Origin: Parcubacteria group bacterium CG11_big_fil_rev_8_21_14_0_20_39_14
Lineage (GTDB): Bacteria; Patescibacteriota; Minisyncoccia; Minisyncoccales; GCA-002787255
Reading direction: 5' to 3'
Assembly: GCA_002787255.1 (NCBI GenBank)
Contig: PCWD01000056.1
Coordinates: 1-38,243, forward strand
Length of the DNA stretch: 38,243 bases
The notes under the pieces are model-generated. The model saw only the letters and a list, made by a program, of their open reading frames with translations, searched no databases and was not told the origin of the DNA. Numbering within the stretch: position 1 is the stretch's first letter; each line of letters begins with the position of its first letter. Below are positions 31,614-38,243 of the stretch, piece after piece. Made by a program: the position numbers and the translations under genes.

Positions 31614-33515
31614 ATGCCAAATAAACTTACCTACATAATTGCTGCGATACTGCTCACCATAATGGCTGGTTTGGCATTTACCAGCCTGGTTGGTGATTCA
31701 GCGACAATGGATGAACTCTCTCATATTCCGGCCGGTTATTCTTATGTCAGCCAAAAGGATATGAGGATTAATCCCGAGCATCCGCCCCTAATCAAGGACT
31801 TGGGCGGACTTTTGCCTTATCTTTTTTTGAATGTCAATTTCCCAAAAGACCATAAAAGCTGGACCGAAGAGATAAATAGCCAATGGTGGTTTGGCGAAAC
31901 TCTCTTATACAAATCGGGAAATGACGCTGACAAAATTATATTTTTGGCAAGAATACCAATGATTTTTATTCTCTTGCTCTTGGGATTTTATGTTTTCAGG
32001 TGGGCAAGAGAGCTCAAGGGAAATTCAGCCGGAATTTTAGCCCTTGTTTTCTATAGTTTTTCTCCGACTTTTTTGGCTCACGGCAGATATGTAACAACCG
32101 ACATAGGAGCGGCGGCCGGTTTTTTCATCAGCATTTATTATTTTTGGCGTTTTCTTAAAAAACCCTCAAAAAAAAATCTAATCTTTGCCGGAATCGCCTT
32201 TGGGACAGCCCAGCTTTTAAAATTTACCGTCTTTTTGGTGGCGCCGGCTTTACCGATTTTAGCGGTAATTTGGGCGGTTTTACACAAAAAATCAATATTA
32301 AAATACCTTGGCTATTCTCTACTGCTCATGTTTATTGGGTTTTTGCTTGTTTACCCTGTTTATCTTTATCATACCTGGAATCTACCAATGGAAAGACAGA
32401 TAAATGATACCGAAAAATTATTATCCTCAACTCCATTTAAGCCGCTGGCAAAATTGGATATCTGGATGGCCTCAAAACCGATTTTAAGACCCTACGCTCA
32501 ATATTTTTTGGGACTTTTGCTTGTCTTCCAGCGAGGAATCTATGGTCATACAACTTATTTTTTGGGTGAAATTTCAGCTGGAGGCTGGAAACATTATTTC
32601 CCGGTGGTTTATCTATTAAAACCGCCCCTGGCTTTTCATATTCTGACAATAATCGCTCTTGTTTGTTTTGTTTGTTTTGTTTTCCGGCTTAAACCCAAAA
32701 TTGGCTCCCAAAGAATAAAAGAGGTTCTGCAAGATAAAAAACATTTTGCTGTTTTTGCAATGCTCGCTTTTATAATCGCCTATTGGCTAGTCAGTCTTTC
32801 GGGAAATTTAACTCTCGGCGTCCGCCATCTCTCCCCTATTTTTCCCTTTATGCATATTCTGGTAAGCCTTGGAATAATCCACTGGATAAGGGGCGAGGGA
32901 ACGTGGCTCTTGAGACAATCCGCAGACAAATTGGCTTGGTCTCCGCCAAAGGCGGAGCAATTTGTTGAGGACTTAGTGAGCGAGCCGCTGGAAGCGAGCG
33001 AACGTGTCAAAAGAGCCACTTTCCGAGCCCCCCGCTTTCGAGATAACTGCCCGAGCCTTCTTAAAAAACACGCCAAACTAATAATAATCTGCATTCTCTT
33101 TGGCTGGTATATTTTCTCCTCTGTTTCGGTTTATCCGCACTATCTTACCCATTTCAACGAATTGGCCGGAGGGCCAAAAGGCGGCTCGCGCTATACGGTT
33201 GATTCTAATTTAGATTGGGGTCAGGATTTAAAAAGATTGAAAAAATGGGTTGAAGAAAACAATATTGAGAAAATAAAAATTGATTATTTTGGCGGCGGAA
33301 ATGTTGAATATTATTTCGGCAAAACCTACGAAAAGTTTGACCCAAAATCCGGCAAACAGAACGGCTGGCTGGCAATCTCGGCCACCCCCTTGCGAAACGG
33401 ACAGGGAAAACCAGCCCCGGGATTTAAAGAAGAAACCGGTTATTACAATTGGCTGAAAACCTACGAACCCGTCACCGTGCTCGGCAACTCAATTTTTGTC
33501 TACCATATAAAATAA
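31614..33515 (+). CDS. GT-C fold glycosyltransferase (family 39-like) with an in-frame GC-rich insert
   Basis: 633 aa. N-terminal loop GDSATMDELSHIPAGYSY...NPEHPPLIKDL. Polytopic. Confidence 0.65.
   Translation: MPNKLTYIIAAILLTIMAGLAFTSLVGDSATMDELSHIPAGYSYVSQKDMRINPEHPPLIKDLGGLLPYLFLNVNFPKDHKSWTEEINSQWWFGETLLYKSGNDADKIIFLARIPMIFILLLLGFYVFRWARELKGNSAGILALVFYSFSPTFLAHGRYVTTDIGAAAGFFISIYYFWRFLKKPSKKNLIFAGIAFGTAQLLKFTVFLVAPALPILAVIWAVLHKKSILKYLGYSLLLMFIGFLLVYPVYLYHTWNLPMERQINDTEKLLSSTPFKPLAKLDIWMASKPILRPYAQYFLGLLLVFQRGIYGHTTYFLGEISAGGWKHYFPVVYLLKPPLAFHILTIIALVCFVCFVFRLKPKIGSQRIKEVLQDKKHFAVFAMLAFIIAYWLVSLSGNLTLGVRHLSPIFPFMHILVSLGIIHWIRGEGTWLLRQSADKLAWSPPKAEQFVEDLVSEPLEASERVKRATFRAPRFRDNCPSLLKKHAKLIIICILFGWYIFSSVSVYPHYLTHFNELAGGPKGGSRYTVDSNLDWGQDLKRLKKWVEENNIEKIKIDYFGGGNVEYYFGKTYEKFDPKSGKQNGWLAISATPLRNGQGKPAPGFKEETGYYNWLKTYEPVTVLGNSIFVYHIK
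32889..33040. repeat. GC-rich palindromic element, copy E2, inside the GT39-like CDS
   Basis: TIRs gcgagggaacgtggctctt (32893-32911) / aagagccactttccgagc (33011-33028). Nested hairpins acaaatt/aatttgt and ctccgcc/ggcggag. Same plus-strand orientation as E1. Confidence 0.75.
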
Positions 33516-33517
33516 TT

Positions 33518-33564
33518 CAATATCCAATATCCAATATCTAATATCTAATATCTAATATCTAATA
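33518..33564. repeat. Heptanucleotide tandem array (CAATATC x3, TAATATC x3, partial)
   Basis: Read directly. It fills the spacer between the GT39-like stop and the truncated paralogue's start. Confidence 0.85.
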
Positions 33565-33568
33565 AAGC

Positions 33569-33907
33569 ATGCCTAATCGTCTCGCTAATTTAACTGCCGG
33601 AATTTTGCTTTTGTTAATGGCTCTTTTCACAATTCCAAGCGCTGCCGACGATTCAGCCACCTGCGATGAAATCACCCACATTACAGCCGGCTATTCTTAT
33701 CTAACCCAGAAAGATATGCGGCTGAATCCCGAACATCCGCCGCTTATCAAAGATTTAGCCGCTTTGCCCCTGCTTTTTTTCAATCTGAATTTTCCAATAA
33801 ACTCAATATACTGGAATTCGGGATTCAATATGTCCTCTGATATGGGCGAGCAATTTTTATATTCAGGCAACAATTTCGGTCAAATTTTATTTTTTGCCAG
33901 GGGCTAA
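33569..33907 (+). pseudogene. Truncated third GT39-like paralogue (N-terminal 112 aa only)
   Basis: MPNRLANLTAGILLLLMAL...DDSATCDEITHITAGYSYLTQKDMRLNPEHPPLIKDL parallels residues 1-115 of the 31614-33515 product, then stops. Confidence 0.65.
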
Positions 33908-34076
33908 AGTATCCTGGTCAAAAAGAAAATACAATTCAGGTAAATCCGGATATTCTAAAGATACTGGTTTTTAGCAGATGGGTTGGGAAAATAAAATTCT
34001 TTGAGCAAAGTTAAAAGCGCCCATAGCGGACGCTCTTTTTAAAAACTATAGACGCCCGGTCTCTATAAAGAGCGTT

Positions 34077-34718
34077 CTATCGCTTGGTCAAATACGGTTC
34101 GTGGCTGGTTTTTATTTCCGGCAGTCGGGAGGATTTATGGTCTCTTGGCAAAAAGTCTTTATAAATTAAAAGTGGCAGAAAAGCAGACAGCAGAACAAAA
34201 ATTCCCACACCTGTAAAAAGAAGGGTAAATCCAAATCTGATGGCAATTATTCCTCCCAAGGCCCCGGCCACTCCGGCTCCGGCTCCAACAAAAGCTCCTC
34301 TAACGCTCCAGCCAAAAGCTTCCTTGCCCTTATCTATATGCCTTGTAAAAATGGCGGTGTAGCCGGGAACATTCATTCCCATTCCTATAGCATAAATTGC
34401 CTGCAGAAAATAAATGTGCCAGGGCAGAGAGCTAAAAATATAGCCGAAAACAGCTAAAGCCGCCAAAATATTGCCGAAAATTATAAAATAAAGGTCGTCT
34501 CTTTCTCCCCTATTTTTATCCAAATATTTTCCAAAAGGAATCAAGACCATTGAATTTAATATCCAATAAATTGCCGCGGCAAAGCCGGCAATCTCAGCAT
34601 TGCCTCCCTGAATTTTATCAGTGATAAAAATAGCAAAAATTGGCACTATAAATCCAAAGCCGGCTATTAAAGCAACATCTGATAAAATTAAAATTTTTAT
34701 AATTTTGTTAACCTTCAT
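34077..34718 (-). CDS. Six-TM MFS-like half-size transporter, possibly truncated
   Basis: 213 aa with six hydrophobic segments and an MFS-like loop GKYLDKNRGERDD. Confidence 0.45.
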   Translation of the reverse strand: MKVNKIIKILILSDVALIAGFGFIVPIFAIFITDKIQGGNAEIAGFAAAIYWILNSMVLIPFGKYLDKNRGERDDLYFIIFGNILAALAVFGYIFSSLPWHIYFLQAIYAIGMGMNVPGYTAIFTRHIDKGKEAFGWSVRGAFVGAGAGVAGALGGIIAIRFGFTLLFTGVGIFVLLSAFLPLLIYKDFLPRDHKSSRLPEIKTSHEPYLTKR

Positions 34719-34824
34719 AAAAATTTACAAAGTCTGGGGGTCAACCCCCCACACCAAACAAGTACTTAGCGTTGAAAATAATCACTTCGACAGATAAATC
34801 TGAATGGTTAAATTATATGCGAGC

Positions 34825-37350
34825 TTAACTTGTATTTGTTATGGTCTGGGGGTCAATGGTAATCATCTCTCCCCTTTTTGCCTCTCCCTCCAAAAGCTTA
34901 TTGGCAATAAAATTTTCCACTTTATCTTGAATCACTCTTTTCATTGCTCTTGCCCCGAATGTTGGATCGCTTCCCAGCTCCACTAATTTTTCCAAAAGTT
35001 CCGGGGTAACAGACACTCCAATTCCCTGAGGCAAAAGCCGTTTATTCAGGGAATTAAGCATCAAATGGGCGATTTTTGAAAGATGCTCTTTGGTCAGGGG
35101 TTTAAAAATAATAATGTCATCAAAGCGGTTTAGAAATTCCGGTCGGAAGATGTTTTCTCTTTGAAGTCTGTCCAATAACTCATTTTTTAAAACAGCTAAA
35201 TTTTTTCCCTCTAAAATAACCTGGCGGATAAACTCGGCCCCGGCATTGGAAGTGCCAATAATTATGGCGTTTAAAAAGCTAACAGTCCGGCCGAGACTAT
35301 CGGTCAATCTCCCTTCATCCAAAACTTGTAAAAATAAATTTAAAATCCTGAAGTGAGCTTTCTCAATTTCGTCCAGTAAAACTAAAGAAAACGGGTCTTC
35401 TCTGATGGCTGTAGTGAGATATCCGGGCTCCTTGCCATCGGGCGAACCAATAAGACGATTGATGGCATCTATTTGCTGATATTCTGACATATCAAGCCGA
35501 ATCATCCTTTTCTCCGAACCAAAATAAGCTTCGGCTAAGGTTTTGGTGGTCTCGGTTTTGCCAACGCCGGTTGGCCCAAGGAATAAAAAAGTGCCAATCG
35601 GTTTTTTCGTTCCGGCTACCCCGGTTCTGGCTCTTCTCATTGCCGAGCAAACTCCCACAACCGCCTCTTCCTGGTTTACAATGCGCTTGTGCATTATTTT
35701 CTCCAGGTTTTTTAATTTTTCTTTTTCTTCAGCTTGTAGCTCGCCGATTGGAATTTCAACCTTTCCGGAAACAATCTCCTGAACATCTTTCGGCAGAACC
35801 AACTTCTTATTTTTTTGTCTTGAAACAAAAATTACCACCTCCTGCAAAAGCCTGATTGCTTTTTCGGGAAAAGGAACATCCTGAATAAATCTATCAGACA
35901 GTTCAATTATCTCCCTGGCCGCTCCGTAAGAAATAAAAAGTTTGTATTTTTTTTCAAGTCCGGGAATAAGATTTTCAATAACCAGCAAACTTTCTTCCTT
36001 GGATGGTTCCTGTATTTCTACTTTGTCAAAAAGATTGGAAAAAGAAACAAAAGGGGCAATGCTTTGATGATATCCCAAAAAATTAGTCAGAGCAATTAAC
36101 TGAAATTTGGGCGATTTTAAATAGGAAAGCAGAATGCCGGAAACATCCACTCCCAAAGAAGCTTTACTTCCAATAAAATTGTGAATATCTTCAACTGCCA
36201 AAATTACATTTCCCGCCCCAACCACTTCTGACAAAACCTGATTAAACCTCATCCTTATTTCGCCCGGGGTTTTGAGTCCGGAGAGAATTTTATCAACATC
36301 AAGCATCACCACTCTCTTAAAATTAAGGCTCGGCACTGTTTGGCCGTTTATAACCAAAGCGGCAAACCCGTAAAGCACTCCTCTTTTGGCAATATCCGAA
36401 TCGCCAACAACTATTACATTGTTTTCTCCGGCTTTTGATAATATCCTCTCAATGCTTTCAATTTCTTCCCGACGGCCCAGGGCCCCGGTTGAATAGCCCT
36501 CCATTGCCTGGGTTAAATCAAAAGAAAAGTAATCCAAACTTGGGGTATAGCCGGCGGCCCAAGCCTTGCCCAGAGAACCAATCCTCATTAAATTGCGGTA
36601 ATCCCAAAATTTCCCCTTTATCTTTTCTTCCAGATAGCGACCTCTTTCCCAGTTTGTTAAATTTAAAATGTCTTTTGGGTTCAGTTTTTTATCAAAAATA
36701 AATTTTTGAAAAATTGGATCTCCTTGAGAAAGGGCGGCGAAAAAATCTCCAATTTCAATGGTTTGACCCCATCTTGAGGAAGCAAATTCAGCCGCTGTTC
36801 TTAAAATTAAAGGAAAATCAGTTCCCTCTTTATTCAAATTTAAAGCTTCTTTGACCTCTCTTCTAAATTCTTTTAAATTAAGTTCCGAACGGTTAAAAAT
36901 AAACCTTATTCTCTTCTCTTCCAAAATTTCTGAAAGAATAGACAGGGAATCCAAAAGTCTTTTCTTTTTTTTGCAAAGCCTGGCTGCTCCATCAATTACC
37001 CTGGCGCAATCATAATCAAGATATCCCATCAAATTTATTGTAGATAGCTCTCTGTCCGGGCGCCAAGATGGAGCAAACTCTCTTGCCTCCGCCTTTTTCT
37101 TTAACAACTCCAGGCTCTCGTTCAGAGAAATCTTATAAACTGGTTTTTTTATTTTTTGCTGAAAAAAGGCTTCCCAGAGTGAAAAAATAACAGCCAGAGA
37201 AACAAAAATAAATAAAAACCCAAAAGCCTGCTCCCGATTTAGAGGAGATTTTAACCAGAACAGAAGCAATAAAATCAGAAAGACGAAAATATGGGCTTTG
37301 CGCAGTTTTTTGCCAAAATCAATGGCGATAAAGATAGCGGTTCTTTCCAT
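34825..37350 (-). CDS. Membrane-anchored Clp/Hsp100-family AAA+ ATPase with a degenerate first nucleotide-binding domain
   Basis: Two N-terminal TM helices. D1 Walker A position reads VVGDSDIAKRG. D2 is intact (GPTGVGKTE, LLDEIEKAH, NRFD). Confidence 0.8.
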   Translation of the reverse strand: MERTAIFIAIDFGKKLRKAHIFVFLILLLLFWLKSPLNREQAFGFLFIFVSLAVIFSLWEAFFQQKIKKPVYKISLNESLELLKKKAEAREFAPSWRPDRELSTINLMGYLDYDCARVIDGAARLCKKKKRLLDSLSILSEILEEKRIRFIFNRSELNLKEFRREVKEALNLNKEGTDFPLILRTAAEFASSRWGQTIEIGDFFAALSQGDPIFQKFIFDKKLNPKDILNLTNWERGRYLEEKIKGKFWDYRNLMRIGSLGKAWAAGYTPSLDYFSFDLTQAMEGYSTGALGRREEIESIERILSKAGENNVIVVGDSDIAKRGVLYGFAALVINGQTVPSLNFKRVVMLDVDKILSGLKTPGEIRMRFNQVLSEVVGAGNVILAVEDIHNFIGSKASLGVDVSGILLSYLKSPKFQLIALTNFLGYHQSIAPFVSFSNLFDKVEIQEPSKEESLLVIENLIPGLEKKYKLFISYGAAREIIELSDRFIQDVPFPEKAIRLLQEVVIFVSRQKNKKLVLPKDVQEIVSGKVEIPIGELQAEEKEKLKNLEKIMHKRIVNQEEAVVGVCSAMRRARTGVAGTKKPIGTFLFLGPTGVGKTETTKTLAEAYFGSEKRMIRLDMSEYQQIDAINRLIGSPDGKEPGYLTTAIREDPFSLVLLDEIEKAHFRILNLFLQVLDEGRLTDSLGRTVSFLNAIIIGTSNAGAEFIRQVILEGKNLAVLKNELLDRLQRENIFRPEFLNRFDDIIIFKPLTKEHLSKIAHLMLNSLNKRLLPQGIGVSVTPELLEKLVELGSDPTFGARAMKRVIQDKVENFIANKLLEGEAKRGEMITIDPQTITNTS

Positions 37351-37432
37351 AAAATCAAATATTAAAAATTAAAAATCAAAATTATGGTTAAGTCTTTTGG
37401 CCGCCACCCCGGCTAAAAGAGTAAAATTTTCC

Positions 37433-37810
37433 TCATAACAAAATAATGCCGTAAAATAGTGTCCAGATTAAAATCAGGGGCAGGAAAAACCAAAGAATTA
37501 AAAAGGCGGCGCCAAAAATTAAAACAAAAATTTCAGCCAGGACCCCCATAAAAATAGCCGCACTTCTCATAATAAAGCCAATAGACCTTGAAAGCACATT
37601 TAAAGTCAAGGCGCTAAAGAATTTTCCAATGTCAAAACCCCGGCCGTAAGATTCAGAGATTCTTTTCCAGGGGTTAAAAAGAGTTTTAAAAAGCAAAACA
37701 ATAGAAAAATAATTGGCGACAAACAAAATAAAATTACGCCAAATCCCCAAAATGCTCAATGTAGCATCCTTAAAATACCAAGAGATAAAAAGTCCGAAAA
37801 TCTTGAACAT
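37433..37810 (-). CDS. Hypothetical 4-TM membrane protein
   Basis: 125 aa, strongly hydrophobic. Confidence 0.5.
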   Translation of the reverse strand: MFKIFGLFISWYFKDATLSILGIWRNFILFVANYFSIVLLFKTLFNPWKRISESYGRGFDIGKFFSALTLNVLSRSIGFIMRSAAIFMGVLAEIFVLIFGAAFLILWFFLPLILIWTLFYGIILL

Positions 37811-37822
37811 TACTTACATTAT

Positions 37823-37862
37823 AACAAAAATCCGCTCCAACCTAAAGTCAGAGCGGACTTTT
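37823..37862 (-). terminator. Rho-independent terminator after the Thr-Pro-repeat protein gene
   Basis: Stem tccgctc/gagcgga (37831-37837/37851-37857), followed in minus sense by tttttgtt. Confidence 0.6.
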
Positions 37863-37886
37863 GAGCGAACTTTTATTTTACAATTT

Positions 37887-38243
37887 TTATTGTCCGTAAT
37901 AATAGTCCTGGTTTGTTGAATAACCTTTACCATCCATACAGGTTACTTCATATACCGGAAAATAGTAAGACCTGGAAGCGACATCCCAGTTTTCATTATC
38001 TCCTGTATCAACATATTTATAAACTATCACCCTTCCCCGCTGGTATTTGTAATTTTGGTATCCATAGGTTCCTTGAGCGCATTTACAGAATTTTTTTGCC
38101 TGGCCTTGATTCCTATAAAGATACTGGTAATCTCCTTTCCAACATTTTTCAGCTGGTGGCGGTATGGGAGTTGGTGTGGGTGTTGGAGTTGGAGTTGGAG
38201 TTGGAGTTGGAGTGGGAGTGGGAGTTGGAGTTGGAGTTGGAGT
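37887..38243 (-). CDS. Partial CDS: (Thr-Pro)n linker plus Cys/Tyr-rich C-terminal domain; N-terminus lies beyond the window
   Basis: Own translation: TPTPTPTPTPTPTPTPTPTPTPTPIPPPAEKCWKGDYQYLYRNQGQAKKFCKCAQGTYGYQNYKYQRG...DYYYGQ*. Stop codon at 37887-37889. Confidence 0.7.
   Translation of the reverse strand, partial: TPTPTPTPTPTPTPTPTPTPTPTPTPIPPPAEKCWKGDYQYLYRNQGQAKKFCKCAQGTYGYQNYKYQRGRVIVYKYVDTGDNENWDVASRSYYFPVYEVTCMDGKGYSTNQDYYYGQ

Noticed and set aside
34731-34856. 13-nt direct repeat gtctgggggtcaa at 34731 and 34844, the latter in the Clp ATPase C-terminus
   Set aside because: An exact 13-mer match is within chance expectation for a 38-kb window, and nothing extends the similarity.
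1-38243. Search for rRNA, CRISPR, transposase, integrase, toxin-antitoxin or recognisable defence genes
   Set aside because: None could be supported by reading the six-frame products. The only mobile-type signals are the non-autonomous repeats and the LAGLIDADG-like ORF.

Overview
Visibly AT-rich, gene-dense bacterial DNA, coded mostly on the minus strand. No rRNA, CRISPR, transposase or integrase was seen.

Gene content in window order:
- partial GT1 glycosyltransferase, mreB, murA, a PEGA/beta-propeller membrane protein
- a three-tRNA operon (Asp-GTC, Met-CAT, an atypical CAT tRNA)
- gatA, gatC, ligA
- a secretin-less type IV pilus/competence-type cluster: PKD-domain secreted protein, PilX-like protein, three prepilin-type minor pilins, pilD, pilC, pilB, pilT, a small PilP-like protein, pilO, pilN, pilM
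- divergent comFC, rpmB, convergent tRNA-Pro/tRNA-Gln, a LAGLIDADG-like HTH protein, dnaX
- a four-gene membrane operon ending in a GtrA-like protein
- two full and one truncated GT-C (family 39-like) glycosyltransferases, a half-size MFS-like protein
- a membrane-anchored Clp/Hsp100 ATPase with a degenerate first AAA module, and a partial Thr-Pro-repeat protein

The gene set suggests a small-genome monoderm such as a Candidate Phyla Radiation/Patescibacteria bacterium. This is inference only.

The most unusual signal is in the non-coding fraction, not in a gene cluster. Nearly every spacer is an imperfect palindrome built from short AT-rich words, often with 7-nt period, around GC-rich hairpin cores. 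These spacers fall into several multi-copy families. Members of at least two families sit in frame inside genes (GT1, GT39, gatA), in either orientation, with smaller word insertions in ligA and pilD. This resembles Rickettsia palindromic elements. A ~130-bp MITE-like pair in inverted orientation brackets the pilin-to-pilT block.
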